A DNA stretch of 64,000 nt from a bacterium (lineage in GTDB: Bacteria; Chloroflexota; Dormibacteria; Aeolococcales; Bog-877), in the NCBI GenBank assembly GCA_021801645.1, contig JAJYXT010000010.1, forward strand, positions 25,052 through 89,051, given 5' to 3'. A program made the position numbers and the translations under genes. Below the pieces are notes generated by a model. That model made no database searches and was not told the origin of the DNA. It worked only from the letters and a program-made list of their open reading frames with translations. The stretch's first letter is position 1. Each line of letters opens with the position of its first letter. Shown in pieces: positions 28,843 through 37,994 of this stretch.

Positions 28843-30104
28843 ACGACGATCTGACTCCGGATGAGCTCTGGCTCGCCGAGGCCCTGACGGCGATAAGCCA
28901 TGGGCACCAGCCTGATGCCACCTTCATTCCGCGGCCTCCAAGCTCCCGGCGCCGAATCGGCACCATGGTCCTTTCGGGCATCCTGACCGCGGCCATCGTC
29001 TCCGTGGCGATCCTTCTCCCCCGGCTTGGATTCTCAGGGAGGCAGGGGATTCGTCACCCCGCCCCGACCACCCTGACCAAGGCGTGCCAAGTCCCGTTTC
29101 CGAGCGCTTGGACAGCCGCTCTCGCACGGAGTCGAACGGCCGCAACCACAGACTATATTTTCGCCGTCGCACCTGATGGAAGTGCGTATTTCACCGAAGT
29201 TCACTCACCCTCCTGGGCTGGTCTCGTAGAGGTTGACCGCGCGAGCGGTGTCACAACTCCAATCTATCAATTCCCGTCGTCAAGCTACCAAGTGGCACAG
29301 GGCGCATTTGATGGGCGCTGGCTAGTTGTCAGTCTTTCGACATCACCGTCCAGCCCGGGCGCTTCCAGCGTAATCGCCTGGGACGCGCAAACACGTCGAA
29401 TCACGACCATCGTTCCTTATGACGGCGCGGCCACCGATATCAGCTTCAGCCTCGACACGGCACCTCCGGGAACGAGTCAGGGGTGGCTGGAGTGGACAAT
29501 CGTTCCTGGTGGGGTGGGTGGTGGTGGGTATTTCTTGGCCGATCTGTCCGCGGGCACTCAACACCAACTTCACGTCGGCGGCCCCCCGGGACCAGCTTAC
29601 TTTGTGGGCCCCCTCTTCGTTTATGACGTCGTTTCACCCCAAGGGGCGGTAGCGGAGGGAGCGATCGACATGGGCTCCTGGAAGTCCACGACCATGGCCC
29701 CATCCCTGATCCCCAAGCTGAAGGCGGCCGCTGACAATGGTGTCGGCTCGATCAGCTCCTATGGAGCGGCTTGGGCAAGCCTTTCCGGGGCCCTTATCAT
29801 CTGGCCCCAAGGCACCGCGGGTCCGACTCAGTCGACCGTCGAGCTGGGTCAAGGTATCGATAGCGTGATCCAAGCTGGGCCAATGCTGGTCTTCTCCAAC
29901 GGCACTACTGGCGCCCAGTATCTCGTGGACATAACCTCTGATGCATATACCCAATTGCCGAGCGATTGGAGCGGGACGGCAACTGCGGGTAACCAGATGG
30001 TGTTCATCTCTCATGCGAGTTCTGGCGCGGGCAAGGCGGGTCCCACAGTTACAGGCATGGCAATCCTGGACGTTGCCGATCTCCCTTCCCTTCCGCGCTG
30101 CTGA
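28839..30104 (+). CDS. Anti-sigma-factor-like membrane protein: short cytoplasmic N-terminus, one TM, large S/T/G-rich extracytoplasmic repeat domain
   Basis: ATGA overlap with the sigma factor stop. TM MVLSGILTAAIVSVAILL. Lower GC (~60%). Confidence 0.5.
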   Translation: MNDDLTPDELWLAEALTAISHGHQPDATFIPRPPSSRRRIGTMVLSGILTAAIVSVAILLPRLGFSGRQGIRHPAPTTLTKACQVPFPSAWTAALARSRTAATTDYIFAVAPDGSAYFTEVHSPSWAGLVEVDRASGVTTPIYQFPSSSYQVAQGAFDGRWLVVSLSTSPSSPGASSVIAWDAQTRRITTIVPYDGAATDISFSLDTAPPGTSQGWLEWTIVPGGVGGGGYFLADLSAGTQHQLHVGGPPGPAYFVGPLFVYDVVSPQGAVAEGAIDMGSWKSTTMAPSLIPKLKAAADNGVGSISSYGAAWASLSGALIIWPQGTAGPTQSTVELGQGIDSVIQAGPMLVFSNGTTGAQYLVDITSDAYTQLPSDWSGTATAGNQMVFISHASSGAGKAGPTVTGMAILDVADLPSLPRC

Positions 30105-30106
30105 TC

Positions 30107-30298
30107 GTGCTAGCTGCCGTGGTTGTCGTGACCTGGGAGCAGGGAGCTATGGTCAGCGCCACCCTGGACTTGTGGCCGGGAGGACGGTCCGCGGAATTCT
30201 CCCTGTCGATCGGTCAAGCAATTGATGGCGTCGCGCAGGCGGGCCCGCTGGTGACCTGGACGAATGGGGAGGGCTCCATGTACATCGCCGACCTATGA
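30107..30298 (+). CDS. Small ORF paralogous to the C-terminal repeat of the anti-sigma-like protein (possible gene fragment)
   Basis: FSLSIGQAIDGVAQAGPLVTWTNGEGSMYIADL parallels VELGQGIDSVIQAGPMLVFSNGTTGAQYLVDI in the upstream protein. Confidence 0.3.
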   Translation: MLAAVVVVTWEQGAMVSATLDLWPGGRSAEFSLSIGQAIDGVAQAGPLVTWTNGEGSMYIADL

Positions 30299-30619
30299 TC
30301 GCGCTCATTCGCCAGATTGCCCATGACTTGGGGTGGGGAGGATGGCTCTGCCGGAGCACTTCTGTATACGTGGAGTCCCAGCCCCCTGACGCAGAAGATC
30401 AGTCCCCTGTACACCAGCTCGATACTTCACGTCGCCAGCCTCCCTCCCCTGCCACATTGCTGACCGTGACGCCCATCCCGGCCGCCTCGGCGCCACGCGA
30501 CGGGCCTTTCACCGCGCGCGAGTCCAACCAAAGCTCTCGAGGCGGCACCGACGCCGGTCAAAACGGGGGCGGGCGGTTTTGGGTGACACGGCCATGGCCC
30601 CCGGCGGCCGCGGCGAAAT

Positions 30620-30988
30620 TTAGCAGCGCACCACCGGGAGCGTCGCGTCGAGCCGACGAATGTCTTGTGGATCACTGGTGACGACCGTCGCGCGGAGCCG
30701 GCGGGCCAGCAGTGCCACGCTCGAGTCGACAATGTCCGCCGTGTCGGTCAACCCACATAGGGCGCCAGTGGCCCGTGCCTCGGCAAGGTCGAGGGAAGTT
30801 ACCTCAAGGCTGGTGGAGCTGATCAGGCGAGCCAGCCGCACTTGGCGGCCGCCATCGCGCCAAACCTGGGCAACGACCCCAGCGGGGACGTGAAGCACCC
30901 GGTCATGCTCGACTGCCAGCTCCACCAAGCGAAGCATGAGCCGGTCGGCACGCTCGAAGGCAATCAGGGCGCCGGCGTCGAGGACTAC
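30620..30988 (-). CDS. vapC: PIN-domain toxin VapC
   Basis: VVLDAGALIAFERAD...TSD PIN acidic residues. GTG start overlaps the antitoxin stop as GTGA. Confidence 0.75.
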   Translation of the reverse strand, partial: VVLDAGALIAFERADRLMLRLVELAVEHDRVLHVPAGVVAQVWRDGGRQVRLARLISSTSLEVTSLDLAEARATGALCGLTDTADIVDSSVALLARRLRATVVTSDPQDIRRLDATLPVVRC

Positions 30989-31242
30989 AGGCCGAGGACT
31001 TGACGAGCCCATTCGTCCTCTGCTGAGGTGACCGGCCCAGCTTCAGCCCGCATCTCCGCCAAGAGGTCCGCGAGCGCTAGGCGCCTCACCTTCTCCTCCA
31101 TAGCCTGGTCGACCCATGCGCTCAGCGAGGGAGCGTGACCGCGGGCGACCGCCTCCCCCGCAGCCGCCAGGACCTCTGGCCGAACTGTGATCGTCACCCT
31201 GGATCGCTGCATACGATCATCATACTCGCTGCGGACGGTCAT
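30985..31242 (-). CDS. vapB: VapB-like type II antitoxin
   Basis: 85-aa ORF directly upstream of the PIN toxin and overlapping it. MTVRSEYDDRMQRSRVTITV... Confidence 0.55.
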   Translation of the reverse strand: MTVRSEYDDRMQRSRVTITVRPEVLAAAGEAVARGHAPSLSAWVDQAMEEKVRRLALADLLAEMRAEAGPVTSAEDEWARQVLGL

Positions 31243-31300
31243 CAGCTGCCGGCCCTGCCCGCCCGGCCACCCCATCTTCCGGCCCGTCTCACTGGCCCTA

Positions 31301-32443
31301 TCAACGCCCTTTGCCGCCCGGATCACCTGCAGGCGAGATGATCGCACCCATCACTTGGGCTGCCTCGCGCTGCATGGTCTCGGTGACGTGCGAGTAGCGG
31401 TTCAGCGTTATCGCCACCGTCGTATGCCCGAGCATCTCGGCCGCGATCTTCGGGTGCACCCCGCCACCCAGGAGCAGAGTAGCCGCGGTATGGCGGAGAT
31501 CGTGAAACCTCAAAGTCGGCAACCCCGCCCGGCGCAGCAGGGGAACGAAGTGGCGCCGGATCAGGTGGTCGCGCTGCATGGGACCGCCGATCACGTTCGG
31601 GAACACCAGATCGTGATCGACCCAGATGGCTCCCATCCTCTCGCGCTCCACCGCCTGCAGGGATCGATGCCGGATCAAGGCCGCCACCGAGGGCGGAGCG
31701 AGCACCACTTGGCGTCTCGACCGCGCCGTCTTGGGGGCCGTGACCGCGAGCCCCTGATCGTCGCGCGTCAGCGTCCCGGTCACTTGGAGCGTGGCCGCGT
31801 CCAGGTTGACATCTCGCCAGCGAAGGGCGAGCAACTCGCCCTGGCGCAGCCCGGTGGTGACCGCGACCACGAACAGCGCCTCGAACCGATCCCCGGCGGC
31901 TGCAGCGCACAACGCCCGCACCTGACCCGGGTTCAGGGTGCGCAACTCTGTTTCGGCCATCCGCGGGGGATGGACCAACCCCACCACGTTCCTGGACAAC
32001 GCTCCCCAGCGCACCGCATCCTCGAGAGCTCGATGCAGCAGCATGTGAGCGTGATGGACGGTTGTTGGACTGATGCCCTCGGCCAACATCCGCTCATGGA
32101 GGAGTCCGACATGCTGCGGAGCCAGCTTCACAAGCCGGACTCGCCCCAGCACGGGCAGGATATGGACGCGCCCCAATTGTTCGTAGCGGCGCCAAGTAGC
32201 GGGCCGGATGGTTGTCTTGACGCTGGGCAGCCAGGTTCTCCAGAAGCCCGCCAGGGTCACCTGCTGGGGTGGCACTGGCACCCCGTCCTGAGCCGCCCTC
32301 AGGGCCGACGTCAACTTCCGATGCACCGAATCGCGAGTGGGTCCGTAGAACGAACGACGTCTGCCCTCCCACGTGATGCGCGCCTCCCAGCGGCCGTCCT
32401 CACGACGCCGGATCGACCCCTCTGCGTTCGCTCGTCGTGTCAT
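31301..32443 (-). CDS. int: Tyrosine recombinase/phage-type integrase, intact, 380 aa
   Basis: Catalytic-domain residues ...RRQVVLAPPS...HDLRHTAATLL...LGHTTVAITLNRYSHV (R..HxxR..Y). About 1.3 kb from the tRNA-Cys. Confidence 0.9.
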   Translation of the reverse strand: MTRRANAEGSIRRREDGRWEARITWEGRRRSFYGPTRDSVHRKLTSALRAAQDGVPVPPQQVTLAGFWRTWLPSVKTTIRPATWRRYEQLGRVHILPVLGRVRLVKLAPQHVGLLHERMLAEGISPTTVHHAHMLLHRALEDAVRWGALSRNVVGLVHPPRMAETELRTLNPGQVRALCAAAAGDRFEALFVVAVTTGLRQGELLALRWRDVNLDAATLQVTGTLTRDDQGLAVTAPKTARSRRQVVLAPPSVAALIRHRSLQAVERERMGAIWVDHDLVFPNVIGGPMQRDHLIRRHFVPLLRRAGLPTLRFHDLRHTAATLLLGGGVHPKIAAEMLGHTTVAITLNRYSHVTETMQREAAQVMGAIISPAGDPGGKGR

Positions 32444-33062
32444 CTCGGCACCACGCCCCGAGAGAACCGTCTGCAGAGTCGAGCCAGGCCACGCTCAGAA
32501 CCTTCGGCCCAGCCGTCTGGGATGCCGCCCGGCAGTCTCCGGCGATGCCCCCTGGCCACTGGCCACTCCGGTCGATCCCCTTCCCGGCCGTGAGCCCGAT
32601 CTCGCGCCGAAGTACTCAGCCTGGCGCACCAGTTGCAGCCCACGCGCTCAAGCTCCCATCGCTGAGAGTCGTCGAGATAGTTCATGCCATAGGCTTGAGT
32701 CCGCCGAGGGGCCCTCAATGGGGCGGCATGGTGACCGCCGGCAGCCCTCGTCTCGCGATTTCTACATCGACAACGGGAGTACTCGTGAGCAGGGCGGGTC
32801 AGCACTCGTTGCCATTGGTGTGACCATGCTCAAGGACTGGGCGATTGTCCTCCCGCCTGTCACCGCCCTCACTGCCACCCGGGCAGCCGATCGGAGGTGC
32901 CAGCCTATGGGTCAGCGACCCATCCGAAGTCAGCACGTATTTTCCCACCACTGTGTGACAGGGCCAGTGGTGGGTGAGCCTGCCCGGGAACCCCACCTGG
33001 CGAGCAGCAGCTGCCGGCTCTCCTCGACCGAGCAGTCGACCGCCTGAAACTCCTCCACGGTC

Positions 33063-33400
33063 TCATGGGCGAAGACCGCCCGGTCCGGGTGCGGCCGCAG
33101 CAGACAGGCGTTGTCGCTGTCTAGCAGGATGACGCTGTTGACGGCGCCTCTGACTCAAACGGCAACAGTGCCGTCGAGGGTGGCCTTCAGCTGCCCCAGC
33201 ACCGCCTCGGCATCCGGACTCTTGGGGGAACCCAACGAGGTGGTGACCACCGGATCTCCCGAGCCCGGTGATCGCACAGGGCCGCCCCGTGGCCGCCTGT
33301 TGGGCGGCACGGGCGGCCCGGTCGTCGCCAAGGTCGCGGACCGTCAGTTCGCCCACCTCATCCACCACGACCAGGATCCGGGGCCAGTCGGCTGGGGCAG
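33063..33400 (-). pseudogene. Degenerate fragment with an FtsK/TraB-like Walker B segment (PRILVVVDEVGELT), a probable conjugative-element remnant
   Basis: Only a short motif is recognisable. Surrounding frames are broken. Confidence 0.25.
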
Positions 33401-33708
33401 ATGAGCCAGTGACGAGACCAGACGTTGGTCGGCTTGCGTGGGCCAACCCCGGCCCCGCCGATGGAGCTGCCTGGCATAACGGTTCGGGGAACACCCCTCC
33501 CCGCACCTTTGGCCCGCCGCCAGCAGGGGCCGACACAATCACGAAGGTGCCGAACAAGGCGAGTGAGTGGTGATCCGCGCGTGGCACCCCGCTCCGGCGG
33601 CCAAGCGTCCCCACTGCCGCGCGCGGGTTGGGGTCAACTTAGGGGTCAAGCGTCCTCAGTGACCTACCCCATACCCCGCCAATTGGCCCGATTTGATCTC
33701 AAATCCGC

Positions 33709-33782
33709 TGGAGGCGACTCCGGGAATCGAACCCGGGATCGCGGTTTTGCAGACCGCTGCCTTACCACTTGGCTAAGTCGCC
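33709..33782 (-). tRNA. tRNA-Cys (anticodon GCA)
   Basis: 74 nt. GGCGACT acceptor, anticodon stem GCGGT/ACCGC with loop CTGCAAA, T-arm CCGGGTTCGATTCCCGG, and a 3' CCA. Confidence 0.85.
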
Positions 33783-33856
33783 CAGACCCGAATTCATTGT
33801 ACCGGCAACGGCACGGCTCGCCCCCGATCTCGGGCCAACGTGCCTACACTCCGCCG

Positions 33857-35299
33857 ATGGCAGCTAGGTGCTTCCCCGGGCTTCCCCACGGCTGGTGTGG
33901 GGTCAGGAGCTGCGGCACCGCCGTGGTCCTCGTCCTGACGTTGGCCGCCTGCGGCGGCGTCACTCGTGCCCGCCCGAGCCCTTCTGCTCCCAGCGCGGCT
34001 GCCCCGGCGCCACCCCCCTCCCCACTCGCCAGCCCGCTGGTCACCGCCAGCTGGCCCGTGTACCACCAGAACCCGGAGCGGACCGGTATCTCGGAGAACA
34101 CGCCCGCCCCGGCATCCCTCACGGTGGGATGGCGGGCCAGACTGGACGGCGCGGTGTACGGGCAGCCACTGGCGGTGGCGGGGGAGATCCTGGCGGCCAC
34201 GGAGAACGACACGGTGTACGCCCTCTCCCCCGCCACGGGGGCAATCCTCTGGAGTACCCACCTGGGCACACCGGTTGAGGGAGGGCTCCCCTGTGGGGAC
34301 ATCCTGCCCCTCGGGATCACGGGGACGGTCGCCTACGACCCCCTGACCGAGACCCTATTCGCCGTGGCTGAGGAGGCCGGCTTCCGCCACATCCTGTACG
34401 GCTTGGACCCCCTGAGCGGAGCGGTCCGCTGGTCCCGGCGGGTGGACATCCAGATCCCCTCCGAGGACCCGGCGGCGGTCCAGCAGCGCCCCGCGCTGGC
34501 CATCGCCAACGGCTACGTCTACATCGGCTTCGGCGGGCTGGATGGCGACTGCGCCCAGTACCGAGGGGCGGTGGAGGCCATCCCCACGGGCGGCAACGGG
34601 GCCACGCTGACCTACGTCGTTCCAACCGCGCGCGAGGGGGCGGTGTGGGCCACCGGGGGGCCAGTCGTCGAGCCGGACGGCAACCTCCTTGTCTCGACCG
34701 GCAACGGGGCGGCCTTCTCCGGCGCCTGGGACCACACCGACTCGGTTCTCGAGCTCTCCCCGACCCTCGGACTGGTCGCCGCGTTCGCCCCGTCCCGATG
34801 GGGCTACGACAACGCCCACGATCTGGACCTGGGTTCGGTCTCCCCCACCATCCTCCCGGACGGATACGTCTTCATCGCCGGCAAGAGCGGGGTGGGCTAC
34901 GTCCTTCGCCAGTCTAGTTTGGGGGGCGTGGGTGGCCAGGTGGCCAGCGGTATCACCTGCCTTGGCCAGATGGCGTTCGGGGGGACGGCCGTGGAACAGG
35001 ATGTCGTCTACCTCCCCTGTGCCAACGGCGTGCAGTCTGTCGCGGTCGCCGCTGGGGGGAGCTTCTCTGTCCTCTGGTCCACCGGCTGTGGCGCCAACGG
35101 GCCGCCGGTCCTCGGGGGAGGGGCGGTGTTCAGCGTGGATACCAACACCGGAGTCCTCTTCGCCCTCTCGCAGAGCTCGGGCCAGGTCCTGGCCCACCTC
35201 CCGATCGGACTGGTTCCCCACTTCACGAGCCCCTCCCTGGTTGGCTCAGATGCCTATGTCGGCACCGACTCCGGGGTGGTGATGGTCCAGGGAGCCTGA
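33857..35299 (+). CDS. PQQ-like beta-propeller repeat lipoprotein
   Basis: Signal peptide with lipobox LTLAACGG. Repeated ...DGAVYGQ..A...VYAL...TGA.LW... propeller blades. Confidence 0.65.
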   Translation: MAARCFPGLPHGWCGVRSCGTAVVLVLTLAACGGVTRARPSPSAPSAAAPAPPPSPLASPLVTASWPVYHQNPERTGISENTPAPASLTVGWRARLDGAVYGQPLAVAGEILAATENDTVYALSPATGAILWSTHLGTPVEGGLPCGDILPLGITGTVAYDPLTETLFAVAEEAGFRHILYGLDPLSGAVRWSRRVDIQIPSEDPAAVQQRPALAIANGYVYIGFGGLDGDCAQYRGAVEAIPTGGNGATLTYVVPTAREGAVWATGGPVVEPDGNLLVSTGNGAAFSGAWDHTDSVLELSPTLGLVAAFAPSRWGYDNAHDLDLGSVSPTILPDGYVFIAGKSGVGYVLRQSSLGGVGGQVASGITCLGQMAFGGTAVEQDVVYLPCANGVQSVAVAAGGSFSVLWSTGCGANGPPVLGGGAVFSVDTNTGVLFALSQSSGQVLAHLPIGLVPHFTSPSLVGSDAYVGTDSGVVMVQGA

Positions 35300-35303
35300 G
35301 GGC

Positions 35304-36584
35304 TCAGGCGCCGGCCGCCGCCAGGAGGGCACGGATCAGGTGGTGAGGATCCTGGGCGCCGCCCAGCTCACGGGCCGAGTGCATGGCGAGAACGGGAAGC
35401 CCCAGGTCGATCGTCTCGACCGCCAGCTGAGCCGCCAGGCTCGGCCCGACAGTGGAGCCGCAGGGCACATCTCCCCTGGCGGAGAACCACTGCACGGGAA
35501 TGCCCTGATCCCGGCAAGCGGCGATGAACCAGCCGGCGCCGGGAGCGGCGGTGGCGTAGCGCTGCTGCGAGTTGATCTTGATCGCCGGTCCCCCGTTGGG
35601 GAGGCAGAGGTGGGAGGGTTCGTACCGCTCCAGGTAATTGGGATTGGCGGCATGGGTCACGTCCACCGAGAGCAGGCGGGACCGGGAAAGCGACTGGAGG
35701 TGCTCCGCCCTCCCGCCACCCAGGCCCAGGGTCAGGCGCTCGAGCAGCTGTGGGAAGGCCTGGCCGGCCGCGCCGGTGGAGCTGACGCTGCCAACCTCCT
35801 CGTGGTCGAAGAGCGCGACCACCACCGGCCGCGTTACGCCCTCGCCCATCTCCACGAGAGCACGTATGGCGCAGTAGCAGGACAGCAGGTTATCGAGCCG
35901 GGCAGAGCTCACGAATTCGCGGTCCGCGCCTGCCACCACCGGCGGCTCAAGCGGCCACAGCATGGCGTCCAGGGCCAGGAGCTGGTCCCCTTCGACCCCC
36001 AGGCTGGCCGCCACCCTCGAATGGATCCGCCCCACCTCGCCCAGTCCCCAGACCGGCGCGAGCTGGGTCTGCGGGTTGAGGACCAGGCCCCGCTCGTTCA
36101 CTCCGGTATCGAGATGTACCGCCAGCTGCGGAACGCGGGCGACCGGCTCCGCCCAGATGAAGAGTCGCTGCTCCACCCCGGTGCCCGTACTCACCGCAGC
36201 CCTACCGGCCAGACCAAGGTCGCGGTCCAGCCATGAGTTGAGGAGCGGCCGACCGTACACCTCGACCGCCAGCTGCCGGTAACCGGACCGTCCGAGATCA
36301 GGATGGGGGCGGAGCCGCAAACCGGGGCTGTCGGTGTGGGCCGCGACGAGGGTCAGGCCATCGCCGGGCCGGGTGTCGGGGGGAACGAGAAAGGCGAAAA
36401 GGGTGCCTCCGGAGATGAGGTAATGGGCACCGCGAGGATCCTCCCAGCCCTTATCCTCCATCTCGGTGAACCCCGCATCCCTCAGCTGCTCCGAGCCGAG
36501 GCGAGCTGCGTGGTAGGGAGTGGGGGCGGAGGCGAGAAACGCAATCAGTCGAAGCGCCTCCTCCTCGGGTGATCCCAGAGCCAC
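35304..36584 (-). CDS. M18 family aminopeptidase (aspartyl aminopeptidase-like)
   Basis: SAPTPYHAA...LVAAHTDSPGLRL...FDHEEVGS...AMHSARE. GTG start at 36584 preceded by GGGAG. Confidence 0.8.
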   Translation of the reverse strand: MALGSPEEEALRLIAFLASAPTPYHAARLGSEQLRDAGFTEMEDKGWEDPRGAHYLISGGTLFAFLVPPDTRPGDGLTLVAAHTDSPGLRLRPHPDLGRSGYRQLAVEVYGRPLLNSWLDRDLGLAGRAAVSTGTGVEQRLFIWAEPVARVPQLAVHLDTGVNERGLVLNPQTQLAPVWGLGEVGRIHSRVAASLGVEGDQLLALDAMLWPLEPPVVAGADREFVSSARLDNLLSCYCAIRALVEMGEGVTRPVVVALFDHEEVGSVSSTGAAGQAFPQLLERLTLGLGGGRAEHLQSLSRSRLLSVDVTHAANPNYLERYEPSHLCLPNGGPAIKINSQQRYATAAPGAGWFIAACRDQGIPVQWFSARGDVPCGSTVGPSLAAQLAVETIDLGLPVLAMHSARELGGAQDPHHLIRALLAAAGA

Positions 36585-36637
36585 ACTCCCATCTTCGCAG
36601 CTACCCCCACCGGGACCCAAGTGCCGACAATGTCCGG

Positions 36638-37456
36638 ATGGCACAGGACCCGGAGGCGGAGCAGTCGTCACAACCCTCAAGCGGTCTCCTCGTGGAGTCG
36701 GCCGGCGCCGTCACCACCCTGACCCTGGACCGGCCGGAGAGGCTCAACTCCCTCGACCGGGAGCTCTCCTTGGCTCTTATCGCCGCGGTCGAGACCGTTG
36801 ACCAAGATCCCGCCTGCCGCTGCCTGGTGATCACCGGTGCCGGTCGCGCCTTCTGTGCAGGGCAGTACCTCGGCAAGGAGGGGGAGAACGAGCTGCCAGA
36901 GGACGTAGCGCAGCTCATCCGGGAGAGGTACACCCCTCTGGTTCTCGGGCTGCGGCGGCTGCGGATTCCGGTGCTGGCGGCGGTCAACGGGCTGGCCACG
37001 GGCGCGGGGCTCTCGCTCGCCCTGGCTGCGGACCTCCGGGTCTGCTCGGACTCCGCCTGGTTCAGCTGCGGCTTCGCCCAGATCGGTCTGGTCCCGGATT
37101 CGGGGGCAACCTACTTCCTGGCCCGACTCCTCGGCCCGGGCCGGGCGCTGCACCTGGCCCTCTCCGGCCGTCGACTGACCGCCGAGGAGGCTCTGGCGGA
37201 GGGGCTGGTGTCGGCCGTATTCCCAGCGGCGAGCTTCCGGGAGCAGGCGGAGGGGCTGGCCGAGCAGCTCGCCCAAGGTGCCACCGCGGCCCTGGGGATG
37301 ACCAAGCGCCTCATCTACGACGCGCTGGACTCCGGCCTCGAGGAACAGCTGGAGCGGGAGGCCTGGTTCCAGCAGGAGGCGTCGGAGACTCAGGACTTCC
37401 TGGAGGGTCTGGCCGCCTTCCGGGAGCGCCGGCCCCCTCACTTCACAGGAGGCTGA
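36638..37456 (+). CDS. Enoyl-CoA hydratase/isomerase (crotonase family)
   Basis: LTLDRPERLNSL...ITGAGRAFCAGQ oxyanion-hole motifs. Confidence 0.85.
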   Translation: MAQDPEAEQSSQPSSGLLVESAGAVTTLTLDRPERLNSLDRELSLALIAAVETVDQDPACRCLVITGAGRAFCAGQYLGKEGENELPEDVAQLIRERYTPLVLGLRRLRIPVLAAVNGLATGAGLSLALAADLRVCSDSAWFSCGFAQIGLVPDSGATYFLARLLGPGRALHLALSGRRLTAEEALAEGLVSAVFPAASFREQAEGLAEQLAQGATAALGMTKRLIYDALDSGLEEQLEREAWFQQEASETQDFLEGLAAFRERRPPHFTGG

Positions 37457-37460
37457 GCGT

Positions 37461-37958
37461 CTACCTCGGCGCCGGCGCCGGTCCCAGCCAGACCTGGCGC
37501 TCGAACTCGGTCTTGAGCACCACGGTGGTCCGGGTCTGACGCACCCCGGGAAGCTCCCGGATCCAGTCGACCAGGTCCAGCAGCGCCTCGGTGTCCTGGG
37601 TGCGCACCTTGAGGAAGAACGAGAGGTCCCCGGCGATGTCGTGGCACTCGTCGACCTCTGGCCGCTGCCGCAGCCGGCCGGCCAGGGTCCCGCCGGTGAC
37701 GTCCGCCTCCACTCCCACGAAGGCGGTCACCGGCCGGCCCAGGGCGACCGGGTCCAGGTCCAAGGTCCACCCCCGGATCACCCCATCGCGTTGGAGCCGC
37801 CGGAGCCGCTCGTGCACCGAAGACGGGGCCAGGCCAGCCAAGCGACCCACCTCGGCCAGGGTGGTGCGGGCGTTGGCCTGCAGTGCACGCAGGATCTTCG
37901 AATCGCTTTCGTCCAGATCTGAGGCGAAGGACGCGCCCACGAATTTCTTTCGGTCCAT
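37461..37958 (-). CDS. lrp: Lrp/AsnC family transcriptional regulator
   Basis: HTH (DSKILRALQANARTTLAEVGRLAGLAPSSVHERLRRL) plus a RAM domain. Confidence 0.85.
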   Translation of the reverse strand: MDRKKFVGASFASDLDESDSKILRALQANARTTLAEVGRLAGLAPSSVHERLRRLQRDGVIRGWTLDLDPVALGRPVTAFVGVEADVTGGTLAGRLRQRPEVDECHDIAGDLSFFLKVRTQDTEALLDLVDWIRELPGVRQTRTTVVLKTEFERQVWLGPAPAPR

Positions 37959-37994
37959 TTGCGGCACCCCCCTATGGTTGCATAGGTTCTAGTC

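Noticed and set aside
31187-32593. 468-aa plus-strand ORF
   Set aside because: Antisense to the intact integrase gene.
33425-33856. N-terminal 144 codons of the 624-aa ORF track entry
   Set aside because: Reads straight through the tRNA-Cys gene. The lipoprotein is taken to start at the ATG at 33857 (MAARCF...LAACGG).
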